In this document: in pieces, positions 9,624-19,431 of the stretch | Numbering within the stretch: the first letter of the stretch is position 1 | How the letters are laid out: every line of letters begins with the position of its first letter | DNA from: an uncultured Actinomycetes bacterium | GTDB taxonomy: Bacteria > Actinomycetota > Thermoleophilia > UBA2241 | NCBI GenBank assembly: GCA_963725665.1 | Contig: CAVRZA010000004.1 | Location: forward strand, 224,001-288,000 | Length of the DNA: 64,000 nt | Direction of reading: 5' to 3' | The notes under the pieces: model-generated | What the model saw: the letters and a program-made list of their open reading frames with translations, nothing else | Told to the model about the DNA's origin: nothing | The model's database searches: none | Position numbers and translations under genes: made by a program

Positions 9624-9700
9624 GCCCTCGTAGCTCAGGGGATTAGAGCGCGCGCCTCCGGAGCGCGAGGTCGCAGGTTCGAATCCTGCCGGGGGCACCA
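9624..9700 (+). tRNA. tRNA-Arg (anticodon CCG)
   Basis: Acceptor stem GCCCTCG/CGGGGGC, D arm TAGCTCAGGGGATTAGAGC, anticodon arm CGCGC-CTCCGGA-GCGCG, T loop GGTTCGAATCC, encoded CCA. Confidence 0.97.
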
Positions 9701-9792
9701 CGCATCCCCATCGCAGACTGTTCCTGACTGGCCGCCTCGCTCGCCGCTCGAAGCCGCCGCCCCCGCCAGAGCCTCGACCGGGGCACCCTCCG

Positions 9793-10479
9793 TCATGTCG
9801 GACTGGGTCTGCGCCCGGCGAGATGCGTGACGAGGATGTATGCGCTGACCATGAACACCCACGCGGGGAAGACCAGGACGACCCACGAGGACTGCGTGAA
9901 GATGAAGAGCAGGACGAGCGCCAGACCGTAGCTGAGCAGCGCCATCCAGCGCGGCATCACCCCCGTTCGCAGCCAGAGCGTGGCCTGCGAGATCAGGAAC
10001 ACGGCGGCCATGCGCAGGGCGTAGACGCTGAAGATCTGTGCAACCACCATGCGGGCGTAGACGTAGGTGGTGCTGTTGGCGAATTCCGACGGGTTCCTTG
10101 TGTAGACGGCGACGATGGCGGCGGCCGTTGCCGCGGCCGCGAACGTCATCGCCAGGAAGAGGAGCCCGCTGCCGAGGAACACGGTGGCGAAGAACTGGTC
10201 CTCGAAACGGCCCAGACGCTCGCGCGCGACGGCGATGAACCACAAGAAGAAGATTCCGGCGAACGGCACGAGAGCGACGGCGAACTTGAGCCTTCCCGTT
10301 CCTGTGTGGAGCGACGCGCCGGCGTCGTGCGATAGAGCGGGCATGCTGGTGGAGATGATCGAGACGCTGATGCTGAACAGCACGGCGAAGAGGATGCCCG
10401 CGATGGCGCCGGCGATCGGCGTCGTCGCCCGGCGCTCGACGTTGATGGGCCTCGTGCTCTGGTCCGCGGATCCGTTCAT
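9793..10479 (-). CDS. Hypothetical multi-pass membrane protein
   Basis: GGAGG RBS before ATG at 10479; several hydrophobic helices; LVPFAGIFFLWFIAVARERLGRFEDQFFATVFLGSG. Confidence 0.8.
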   Translation of the reverse strand: MNGSADQSTRPINVERRATTPIAGAIAGILFAVLFSISVSIISTSMPALSHDAGASLHTGTGRLKFAVALVPFAGIFFLWFIAVARERLGRFEDQFFATVFLGSGLLFLAMTFAAAATAAAIVAVYTRNPSEFANSTTYVYARMVVAQIFSVYALRMAAVFLISQATLWLRTGVMPRWMALLSYGLALVLLFIFTQSSWVVLVFPAWVFMVSAYILVTHLAGRRPSPT

Positions 10480-10612
10480 ATGGCCTCCGTTGGGACGGCG
10501 ATGGCTTGCCGGCATCATCTCACAGGTGTCGCGCCTCGGGACGATACTCAGAGCTCGACGGCGGTTGTCTTGAGGACGTTGCGTCGTCGGGGCTGCGGTA
10601 GCATTCACCGCT

Positions 10613-11533
10613 GTGGATGACCGCCGCCCCCCGCTCGCCGCCTACGCCGCCCTGCTCGGCACCACCACGGCGTTCGGCTTCTCGTTCGTGGCCACGAAGT
10701 TCGCGCTGCGCGGTTTCGAGCCCCTCTTGATCGCGCTCCTGCGCTTCACGCTCGCCGGCGCGATCCTTTACGTGCTCTGGCGTCTGCGCGGCGGGCGGGA
10801 GCGTCTCACGCGTCGCGAGCTGGCGCGACTCGCGGCGCTCGGATTCGTCTCGCTCACGGTCTACTTCACGTTCGAGAACCTCGGCATCGCGCGCACCAGC
10901 GCCAGCGACGCGGCCATCCTCATCGGCGCCATCCCCATCTTCGTCAGCGTGCTCAACGCCTTCACGTTGCACGAGCACAACAGCGGGGTGCAGTGGACCG
11001 GCATCCTGCTCTCGTTCGCCGGTGTCGTCGCGCTCATTGAGCTGGGCGCCAAGGGCGCCGGCGGCTCTACCCTGCTCGGCAACCTCCTCGTACTGGGTGC
11101 CTCCCTCGCGGCGGCCGTCTACAACGTCGCGGCGCGGCGGCTGCTCGTGACCCGCTCGGCGCTCTTCGTAACCACCTTTCAAAACCTCTTCGGCGCTCTC
11201 TTCATGCTGCCGCTCGCGGTCGGCGAGGCCCTGTTGGTCGGCGTGCGCTCGCCGACCGCGCAGGCCGTAGGCGCCGTCGCCTATCTCGTGCTGGCGTGCT
11301 CGGTGTGCGGCTATCTGCTCCTCAACTACGGTCTGCGCTTCATCGAGGCGAGCAAGGCGAGCGTGTTCATCAACCTCACTCCCGTGGTGGCCGTCGCGGC
11401 CGCCTACGTTCTTCTGGGGGAGCGGTTCACAGCCGGCCAGCTCGTCGCTGCGGTCGTCGTCGTCGTCGGCGTGTGGCTCACGAACCGCGGCGGCCGCGTC
11501 ACGTCGACGGCGGAGGCGGCCCCGCCCGGATGA
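10613..11533 (+). CDS. DMT/EamA family transporter
   Basis: About 10 TM helices in two EamA-like repeats; ASKASVFINLTPV and LLGERF motifs. Confidence 0.9.
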   Translation: MDDRRPPLAAYAALLGTTTAFGFSFVATKFALRGFEPLLIALLRFTLAGAILYVLWRLRGGRERLTRRELARLAALGFVSLTVYFTFENLGIARTSASDAAILIGAIPIFVSVLNAFTLHEHNSGVQWTGILLSFAGVVALIELGAKGAGGSTLLGNLLVLGASLAAAVYNVAARRLLVTRSALFVTTFQNLFGALFMLPLAVGEALLVGVRSPTAQAVGAVAYLVLACSVCGYLLLNYGLRFIEASKASVFINLTPVVAVAAAYVLLGERFTAGQLVAAVVVVVGVWLTNRGGRVTSTAEAAPPG

Positions 11534-11566
11534 GAGGCGGGTGGCGGGGCGTCGCCGCCCGGCTGG

Positions 11567-11677
11567 GAGGCGGCGGCCCGAGGCATCGGACCGGGCTGAG
11601 ATGAGTCGACGGCCGCCCGAAACGTCGGGCCGGGCTGAGATGAGTTGGCGGCCGCCCAAGGCGTCGGACCCGGCTGA
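11567..11677. repeat. Degenerate 39-bp tandem repeat (about 3 copies)
   Basis: cggaccgggctgagatgagtcgacggccgcccgaaacgt / cgggccgggctgagatgagttggcggccgcccaaggcgt, with partial flanking copies. Confidence 0.75.
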
Positions 11678-11802
11678 CGCGATCTGCGGCCGCTGAGCCG
11701 GCGCTGTCTCGTCGGGGTACGCTCCCTGCCTCGTCTTCGTAAAGCCCTCCCCCGCTCCGCTCGATAGAGGGAGTGGGCGTCTCAAAGAGGAAGAACGCGA
11801 CG

Positions 11803-13561
11803 ATGAGGACACAGCTGAGGACGAGCGGCAGCACGACGCGACGGGCAACGCTCGTGCTGACGCTCGTCGTGACCCTGACGGCTACGTTGGCGGTGGCCGC
11901 GAGCGGGGCCGGCGCGGCATGGGCCGCGCCGGCCCCGCTCGCGGCCACCGTGATCCCGCAGCACAGCACGACCGGTCCCACGCCGCCGCCTGGAGCCGGT
12001 CGCGCGAGCGGCCGTCTTGCGGGTGGCGCGGCCGGTGAGGTCGTCATCTCGGGCGTGCCGGCCTACCTCTGGCGCGACGGCTGCGGGCCGACCGCCGTCG
12101 GCATGGTTCTCGGCTACTACGACGCTCACGGCTGGGATCCGCTGATCCCCGGAGACGCGACGACGCAGACGGCCGGCGGTCGATCAGGTCATCTCCTCGC
12201 ACGGCTCCGTCTCGGCGCGCGCGGCACCACGAGGACTACGCCGAGCCACTCGACGACCCCGGCACCAACCCCTCGCCGCTGCCCGACATGAGCTCGCTCG
12301 ACCCGAGCGGCGCCCACCTCAGCGACTCGGTCGCCGACTTCATGCACACCTCGTGGAGCGCCGACGACCTCTACTACGGCTGGAGCTGGTCGAACATGAT
12401 CGGTCCGGCCTTCATCGAGCTACGTCGACTCCGTCGCGCCACAGTACGCGCCCTCCACGTCCGACTATGCATGGGCAGCACGCTGACGTGGACACTCGTC
12501 AAGGGCGAGATAGACGCCGGCCGTCCCCTCGTCTTCCTCGTCGACTCGGACGGCGACGGCAACACCGACCACTTCGTGACCGTGATCGGCTATCGTGAGA
12601 GCGGAGGGTATCCCGAGTACGCCTGCTGGGACACGTGGAGCACCAGCAGCGTGCGCTGGGCGACCTTCAGGGCCATGAGCTCGAGCTACACCTGGGGCGT
12701 GTGGAGCGCGACGACGTTCCACCTGGCCGCTCCTGTGACGCTGACCGCGCCCAACGGCGGCGAGGATTGGACCTCGGGCCAGGTGCACACGATCACGTGG
12801 ACCCCCGGCGTCGGCGACGTGAAGCTCGAGGTGTCGCGGGAGGGCGGGCGCCTTCACGACCATCGTCGCCGACACGCCCAACGACGGCAGCTACGACTGG
12901 ACGGTGACGGGGCCGGCCAGCAGCCAGGTCGTGGTGCTGCGTGTCGGCTCTCTCCTTCACCGGCAGCGACGTCTCTGACGCGCCCTTCACGGTCACCGTC
13001 CTACCCGGCGACGTGACCGCACCCACGACGACGGTCAGCGGCGTCGACACGCTCTGGCACCGCACCCCTGTCACGCTCACCTTCACGGCCGCGGACACGG
13101 AGTCCGGCGTCATGCGCACCGAGTACGCCATCGACGGCCTGCCGTCGCAGACGGGCGACCAGGCGGTTGTCTCGGGCCAAGGCGTCCACACCGTCGTCTA
13201 CTACTCGGTCGACAACGCCGGCAACGTGGAGACGCCGGACCACACCTGCACCGTGAAGATCGACGCCCTGGGCCCCAAGACGACCGCCTACGCGGCCTCC
13301 GTCTCTCGCGGTCACGCCGTGACCTTGCGCTATTTCGTCGCCGACCTCACGCCGAGGGCCACGGTGACGCTGCGCATCAAGACGCTCTCCGGCGTCACGC
13401 GCAGGACGATCAGCCTCGGCGCGCACTCGACGAACCGCGCGCTCGGCTATCGCTACGTCTGCAACCTCGCGCGCGGCACCTACCGCTACTACGTCTACGC
13501 TCGCGATCAGGCCGGTAGCGCCCAGCACCGCCTGGGCTACGCGACGTTGCGCGTGCGCTAG
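11803..13561 (+). CDS. Secreted C39-like cysteine peptidase with Ig-like C-terminal domains (several frameshifts)
   Basis: Signal peptide; GCGPTA (Cys), DHFVTVIGY (His), DTW; TAPNGGE Ig-like start; DVTAPTTT...YSVDNAGNVE domain. Split over ORFs at 11773, 12288 and 12941. Confidence 0.7.
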
Positions 13562-13687
13562 CTACAGCTGGTGGCGCGGCGCGGGTTCCGACAGGCTTGT
13601 GCAGGCACGGGTCGCGACGCGGGGTTTCTGACACTCGGGTGTGAGATCGGACTCGAGCGGGCCGCCGAGGGGCGGGTCCTGAGAGAC

Positions 13688-14140
13688 CTAGAAGTCCATG
13701 GGGAGGATGAGGTCTCCGTCGAGCGCCCTGACGAAGCGTTCGGCCTCTTCCTCGAAATGCAGGCGGGTGAGCTGTTCGGACTGCCGCGCAAGCGCCTCGC
13801 TGCCCTCGTAGAGCACCTTGTTGAAGCGCTCCACGCCCTCCCTGTCGAGCGCGATCGTGCGCTGCGTCTCACAGTTGGGGCAGCGCAGGCTGAGCTCCCA
13901 CGTGGCGCTGCCGGTGCGCTGCCAGTCGGTGGGGTAGACGAGGGGGGAGTGGCAGACGGGACAGACGTTCACCTGGGCTCCACCTTGGACGCACGACTCT
14001 GTTTCCGTCGTCGCTACTTCGGCCTGTGCGGCTACTGCCGCAGGATGGGGCTGCGCGCCGTCATCGTCCTGATCGAAGACGATCATTTCGATGGCCATGC
14101 CGTCGGGAAAGATGAACAGTTCGACGCGGTAGTCGTCCAT
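13688..14140 (-). CDS. Hypothetical zinc-ribbon protein
   Basis: CPVC...CPNC pair followed by a helical C-terminus ending LILPMDF; ATG at 14140; sigma28-like promoter upstream. Confidence 0.75.
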   Translation of the reverse strand: MDDYRVELFIFPDGMAIEMIVFDQDDDGAQPHPAAVAAQAEVATTETESCVQGGAQVNVCPVCHSPLVYPTDWQRTGSATWELSLRCPNCETQRTIALDREGVERFNKVLYEGSEALARQSEQLTRLHFEEEAERFVRALDGDLILPMDF

Positions 14141-14321
14141 GTCCCTTGGCCCGTTTCCTCTGCCTCGTACAGTCGAGATGCCTGCAGTCCCTGTATCGGT
14201 CGGCTCGAGGTGGGTCTTTAGGGCTGGGGGGGAGGACGTTCGTCCAGGCGGGGAGGTGAGTGGACAGCCCGCGGAGGCCGGTGGAATACTAGCGCGACCC
14301 CTCGACGAAGCATGAGGTGAC

Positions 14322-15197
14322 ATGTCCTCCGGCCAAGACTCCCAGAAGCTCCAGTCGCTGCCCATCGGTATGTTCGACTCCGGCATCGGCGGCCTCACCG
14401 TCTTGCACCAATGCCTCGTGACCATGCCCAACGAGGACTTCGTGTACTTCGGCGACACGGCTCGGTTTCCCTACGGTGAGAAGACGCAAGGAGAGCTCCA
14501 GGAGTACGCCACACAGATCGCCGCCTTCCTCGAGCGTGTCGGTGTGAAGCTGCTCGTCGCCGCCTGCTACTCGGCCACTGCCGCCGCTCTGCCGACGCTC
14601 CAGGAGCGATTCGCAACGCCCATCCTGGGTGTCGTCATGCCGGGGGCTCGCGCCGCCGTGCAGACGTCGCGCTACCGCCGCATCGGCGTCCTTGCGACCG
14701 AAGCGACGGTGGCCAGCGGCAGTTACCCGCGCGCCATCGCCAGCCTCGACATCGGCGCCGAGGTCCATCAGCGGGCGTGTCCCGGCCTGGCCTCCTTTAT
14801 CCAGGACGGTGACGTGGCGAGCCACGAGGTGATGGATGCCGTGCGCGCCTGTACGGCGCCGCTCAAAGAGCGGCGCGCCGACGTGGTCATCATGGGCTGC
14901 ACCCACTACCCCCTCATCTCCTCCATGCTGCAGCGCTTCTTGGGGCCCGACGTCGCGCTGGTCGACCCCGCCGCCGAGATAGCACGCGAGGTGTCCGAGA
15001 TCCTGCGGCGGCAGGGTATCGAGAGGCGCGAGGAGCGGGAGGGGGACTACTCCTTCTATTGCACCGGCGATCCCGAGTCGTTCCGCAGTGTCGGCTCGCG
15101 TTTCTTGCAGCTTCCCATCGACGAGGTGCGGCGGGTGTCGCTCGCCGACCTCGAGCGGCTGGTCGACGGGGAGATCGACGCCGCAGCGATCCCGTAG
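14322..15197 (+). CDS. murI: Glutamate racemase
   Basis: PIGMFDSGIGGLTV, DTARFPYG, ACYSAT, GCTHYP. Confidence 0.95.
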   Translation: MSSGQDSQKLQSLPIGMFDSGIGGLTVLHQCLVTMPNEDFVYFGDTARFPYGEKTQGELQEYATQIAAFLERVGVKLLVAACYSATAAALPTLQERFATPILGVVMPGARAAVQTSRYRRIGVLATEATVASGSYPRAIASLDIGAEVHQRACPGLASFIQDGDVASHEVMDAVRACTAPLKERRADVVIMGCTHYPLISSMLQRFLGPDVALVDPAAEIAREVSEILRRQGIERREEREGDYSFYCTGDPESFRSVGSRFLQLPIDEVRRVSLADLERLVDGEIDAAAIP

Positions 15198-15203
15198 GCG
15201 CGC

Positions 15204-15689
15204 ATGGACATGCGCTTCATCGCACGGAGCGGCCTGCTGGCCGCACTCTACGCTGCGTTGACCCTCGCCCCGGGGCTCAACTCGATCGCCTACGGCCAGG
15301 TGCAGTTCCGCGTCTCGGAGGGGCTTCTGCCGCTGGCTACGGTCGATCCGGCCGCCGTGGTCGGTTTGACGCTGGGCACGGCGATCGCCAACACCGCCAG
15401 CCCCATGGGACTGACCGACGTGGTCTTCGGGTCGCTCCTCACGCTCGTCTCCACGCTGCTCATGTACCGGCTCGGCCCGCGGCTGCTGGCCCTGGCCGTG
15501 CCGGTCGTGGTCAACGGTCTCGGCGTGCCCGTCGAGCTCGCCCTGATTCTGCAGCTTCCCTACTGGTACAGTGTGCTGGCGGTCACGGCCGGCGAGGCCG
15601 CCGTCATGTTGACTCTTGGTATCATCGTCCTGAAGGTCGTCCGCAGCGGCGTGCTCTGGCCCTGGGGGCGAGCCCACCCGCGCGGATGA
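15204..15689 (+). CDS. queT: QueT family transporter
   Basis: AALYAALT...[27 protein letters not shown]. Confidence 0.85.
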   Translation: MDMRFIARSGLLAALYAALTLAPGLNSIAYGQVQFRVSEGLLPLATVDPAAVVGLTLGTAIANTASPMGLTDVVFGSLLTLVSTLLMYRLGPRLLALAVPVVVNGLGVPVELALILQLPYWYSVLAVTAGEAAVMLTLGIIVLKVVRSGVLWPWGRAHPRG

Positions 15690-15726
15690 CCGCGCCATCC
15701 GATCCGACACGAAGGAGGTCCGTCGC

Positions 15727-16444
15727 TTGAGGACCGGACGCAAGGCCGACGAGCTACGTACCGTTAGGATCACTCCCAACGTCGTCAAGCACGCCGACGG
15801 CTCCGTGCTCATGCAGATCGGCGACACGCACGTGATCTGCACGGCCGTCGTCGTCGACGGCGTCCCACAGTGGCTGCGCAAATCGCAGCGAGGCTGGCTG
15901 ACGGCCGAGTACAGCATGCTGCCGGCGGCCACCTCTGAGCGCAGCATGCGCGAGGCCGTGCGCGGCAAGCAGAGCGGGCGCACGCACGAGATCCAGAGGC
16001 TCATCGGACGCAGCCTGCGGGCGGTGACCGACATGGGCGTGATCGGCGAGCGCACCATCTACATCGACTGCGACGTCGTGCAGGCCGACGGCGGCACGCG
16101 TACGGCGAGCATCTCGGGAGGGTACGCCGCCCTCCACCTTGCCATGGCCAAGCTGCGCGAGCGCGAGCGCCTGACGGAGCTGCCCCTGTTCGACTCGGTG
16201 GCCGCGGTGTCGGTGGGTGTCGTCGACGGCGAGACGTTGCTCGACCTCGACTACGAAGAGGACGCCGCGGCGGCCGTAGACATGAACGTCGTCACGACGG
16301 GGACGGGCAAGCTCATCGAGGTGCAGGCGACGGCCGAGGGCGAGCCGTTCGCGCGCGCCACGCTCGACGACCTTCTGCGAGCTGGCCGCGAAGGGCGTCG
16401 AGCAGATCACGCGCGCGCAGACCGCCCTCGTCATGAGCGAGTGA
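15727..16444 (+). CDS. rph: Ribonuclease PH (+1 frameshift near 16377)
   Basis: [32 protein letters not shown]. Removing one base near 16377 restores the C-terminus [15 protein letters not shown]...SE*. Confidence 0.93.
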
Positions 16445-16490
16445 ACCTGGGCGAACGACGTGGGGGAGTGGACCACGTGCGCGTGACCGA

Positions 16491-17156
16491 GTGACCCGGA
16501 GCGGGCCGTTGCGTTTCATGCTGGCCACCGCCAACCGTCACAAGCGGCGCGAGTTCGCCTTGATCCTCGCGCCGCACGAGGTGCTGCCCATGCCTCGTGA
16601 CGTCGTCCTGCCCCCCGAGGGCACGGAGTCCTTCGCGGCCAACGCGCGGGCCAAGGCGCGGGCCTTGCGTGAGGCGGCGCAGAAGCACACGCGCGGGACG
16701 CCCTCCGACGACCAGTCCGCCGCGGATCGCGAGACCGCGCCCGACTTCTTCATCGCCGACGACTCGGGGCTCGAGGTCGAGGCGCTCGGCTGGGGGCCCG
16801 GCGTGATCTCCTCGCGCTACTCGGGGCGCGAGGGCGACGACCGCGCCAACATCGACAAGTTGCTCGTCGCCCTCGCGCCCGCCCTCGAGGAGACGGCGCG
16901 CCGGGCCCGCTTCGTGTGTGAGCTGGCTTGCCAGGCCGCGGACGGCGAAGAGACAGTCGTGCGCGGGGAGTGGTGGGGACACATCGCGCGCTCCCCGCGA
17001 GGAGACGGCGGCTTCGGCTACGACCCGGTCTTCGTGCCCGACGGCTCCGACCTCACGGTGGCGCAGTTGCCCGACGAGGCCAAGAACCGCGCGAGCCACC
17101 GCGCGCGCGCAGCGCGCGCCCTGCTCGCGCGCTTGCAGGCGGAGGGCGTGCTGTGA
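16491..17156 (+). CDS. rdgB: Non-canonical purine NTP pyrophosphatase (RdgB/HAM1)
   Basis: [30 protein letters not shown]. Confidence 0.93.
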   Translation: MTRSGPLRFMLATANRHKRREFALILAPHEVLPMPRDVVLPPEGTESFAANARAKARALREAAQKHTRGTPSDDQSAADRETAPDFFIADDSGLEVEALGWGPGVISSRYSGREGDDRANIDKLLVALAPALEETARRARFVCELACQAADGEETVVRGEWWGHIARSPRGDGGFGYDPVFVPDGSDLTVAQLPDEAKNRASHRARAARALLARLQAEGVL

Positions 17157-18067
17157 GCGCCGAGCATCTCCCTCTCGAAGAGGCCAACAGGATCAAGGCG
17201 CGCGCCGCCTACATCTCCATCATCTCGAACTCCCTGCTGATCGCCTTCAAGCTCACGGTGGGGCTCATCTCGGGCTCGGTCGGCATCATCTCGGAGGCGC
17301 TGCACTCCGGTAGCGACCTCATCGCGGCCATCATCGCCTTCTTCTCCGTGCGCCAGGCGGCCAAGCCGGCCGACCTCACGCACAGGTACGGCCACGAGAA
17401 GGTCGAGAACGTCTCGGGAGTCGTCGAGGGGGCGCTCATCTTCGGCGCCGCCATCATCATCATCTACGAGGCGGTGCAGAAGCTCATCAACGGCCTGCAC
17501 ATCGACCACCTGTGGCTGGCCATCGGGGTCATGCTCCTGTCGGCCGCGGTCAACATCGGCGTGTCCCGCTACCTCTATCCCATCGCTCGGCGCACGGAGA
17601 GCGCCGCGCTCGAGGCCGACGCTGCCCACCTCCTGACCGACGTCTACACCTCGCTCGGCGTCGCGGGGGGCCTGGCTCTGGTGAAGCTCACCGGCAAGAC
17701 CTTCTTCGACCCCGTGCTGGCCATGGTCGTCGCCGTCATCATCATCCGTACGTCGATCGGGCTCATGAGCCACTCGACTCGGGTGCTGCTCGACGAGGCG
17801 CTGCCCGACGATGAGCTCGCCGTGATCCGCGACACGGTCGCGGAACATCGCGGCGAGCTCATCGTCGGCTACCACAAGCTACGCGCCCGCCGCGCGGGCA
17901 GCAAGCGCCACATCGACCTCCACATCACGGTCGAAGACGACATGGGCATCGTCGACGCGCACGACGCCGCCATGCACATCAGCGCCGACATCCGCCGCCG
18001 CATCCCGAACTCCGAGGTGCTGGTGCACATCGAGCCGCGCTCGCACGACCGCCAGGACGACTCCTAG
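17153..18067 (+). CDS. Cation diffusion facilitator (FieF-like)
   Basis: SEALHSGSD, HRYGHEKVE, ADAAHLLTDV, HIEP; GTG overlaps the rdgB stop. Confidence 0.92.
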   Translation: MSAEHLPLEEANRIKARAAYISIISNSLLIAFKLTVGLISGSVGIISEALHSGSDLIAAIIAFFSVRQAAKPADLTHRYGHEKVENVSGVVEGALIFGAAIIIIYEAVQKLINGLHIDHLWLAIGVMLLSAAVNIGVSRYLYPIARRTESAALEADAAHLLTDVYTSLGVAGGLALVKLTGKTFFDPVLAMVVAVIIIRTSIGLMSHSTRVLLDEALPDDELAVIRDTVAEHRGELIVGYHKLRARRAGSKRHIDLHITVEDDMGIVDAHDAAMHISADIRRRIPNSEVLVHIEPRSHDRQDDS

Positions 18068-18125
18068 CCCTCTTGCCCGACCGGATCACGGTCGCGCACA
18101 CGCTGGGACGTGGGATGTGCAGCCA

Positions 18126-19427
18126 CTACGCGAATGGCAGGCGCAGCGTCGAGGCGACCAGGACCACCGTGAGGGCGATCAGCACGACCGAGAAGCCCCA
18201 CGCCACGGCATTGTAGACGGGTCCGTTGACGTGCTCGCCCATGATGGAGCGGTCGTTGATGATGGTGAGCACGTAGATGAGGACGATGGGCAGCAGGATG
18301 CCGTTCAGGTCCTGGCTCAATAGCATCACCTTCACCAGAGGCAGGCCGGGGATGACGGCCACCGCGGCGGGCACGAAGATGAAGAACGTCAGCAGGCCGT
18401 TGAAGATCGGCGCCTCCGAGAACGAGCGGTCGAGCCCCGATTCGAAGCCGAAGGCCTCCGAGATCGCGTAGGCGGTAGCCAGCGGCAGTATGGCCGCGGC
18501 GAGGATCGACACGTTCAGAAGGCCGAAGCCGAACAGCAGCGCGGCGAGCTCGCCCGCCAGCGGCTCGAGAGCGCGGGCGGCGTCCTGGGCCGTGCCGACG
18601 ACGATGCCGTCCCGGTAGAGCGTCGCCGCGCAGGCGACGACGATGAAGAAGTCGATGCCGTTGGTGAACACGGCCCCCAGGTAGACCTCGGTCTTGGTGT
18701 ACGCGTAGTCGCGGATCGAGATCTTCTTGTCGGCGACGGAGGCTTGGATGAAGAACTGTCCCCAGGGCGTGATGGTCGTCCCGATGGCGGCGATGACCGT
18801 CAGGAGCCAGATGGTGGTGGGGGTGACGTGTGGCGTCACGGCGCTGTGGGCCGCTTCTCCCCACTGGGGGTGGGCGAGGATGCCGGCGACGACGTAGGCG
18901 GCGTAGACGGCGGTGAGGGCGAGGAACACGCGCTCGACGCGGCGGTAGGAGCCGCGGGTGACCAGAAGCCAGACGCCGACGGCGACCGGTGGCACGCAGA
19001 GCCAGGCCGGGACGTGCGCCAGGCTGAAGGCAGCGGCGACGCCCGAGAACTCGGCCACCGTGGTGCCGAAGTTGGCCACCAGCATGACGAGCATGGCGAA
19101 GGCCGTCATGCGCAGGCTGAAGCGCTCGCGGATGAGGGCCGCCAGCCCCTTGCCGGTCACCACGCCCATGCGCGCGCCCATCTCCTGCGTCACGGCGAGG
19201 ATGGGCGTGATCAGCAGCAGCACCCAGAGAAGCTGGTAGCCGAAGCGAGCGCCGACGACCGACCAGGTCGTGATGCCGCCGGCGTCGTTGTCGGACGCGG
19301 CCGTGATGAGCCCGGGCCCCATGATCGCCAAGAAGACGAGGAGGCGCGAGCGGCCGATGTGGTCGAGCCGGCCGCCTCCGATCCATCTCCTGACGCGTCG
19401 CCACGCGTGCCGGGTTGGGCCTGCCAT
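18126..19427 (-). CDS. Nramp-related divalent metal (Mg-type NRMT) transporter, paralog B
   Basis: GPGLITAASDNDAGGITT and GTTITPWGQFF replace the canonical DPGN and MPH motifs. Confidence 0.9.
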   Translation of the reverse strand: MAGPTRHAWRRVRRWIGGGRLDHIGRSRLLVFLAIMGPGLITAASDNDAGGITTWSVVGARFGYQLLWVLLLITPILAVTQEMGARMGVVTGKGLAALIRERFSLRMTAFAMLVMLVANFGTTVAEFSGVAAAFSLAHVPAWLCVPPVAVGVWLLVTRGSYRRVERVFLALTAVYAAYVVAGILAHPQWGEAAHSAVTPHVTPTTIWLLTVIAAIGTTITPWGQFFIQASVADKKISIRDYAYTKTEVYLGAVFTNGIDFFIVVACAATLYRDGIVVGTAQDAARALEPLAGELAALLFGFGLLNVSILAAAILPLATAYAISEAFGFESGLDRSFSEAPIFNGLLTFFIFVPAAVAVIPGLPLVKVMLLSQDLNGILLPIVLIYVLTIINDRSIMGEHVNGPVYNAVAWGFSVVLIALTVVLVASTLRLPFA

Positions 19428-19431
19428 GAGG

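Noticed and set aside
11567-11677. Possible mini CRISPR array
   Set aside because: Whole units are similar, with no unique spacers, and there are no cas genes in the window
9624-13561. Integrative element at tRNA-Arg
   Set aside because: No integrase and no duplicated tRNA 3' end seen
15190-15210. preQ1 riboswitch before queT
   Set aside because: Only 6 nt separate murI and queT
14289-16058. Long antisense or alternate-frame ORFs (this one, 33798-35612, 35923-37722, 55122-56927 and others)
   Set aside because: Shadow ORFs expected at high GC; they overlap well-supported genes and have low-complexity Arg/Ala/Gly-rich translations
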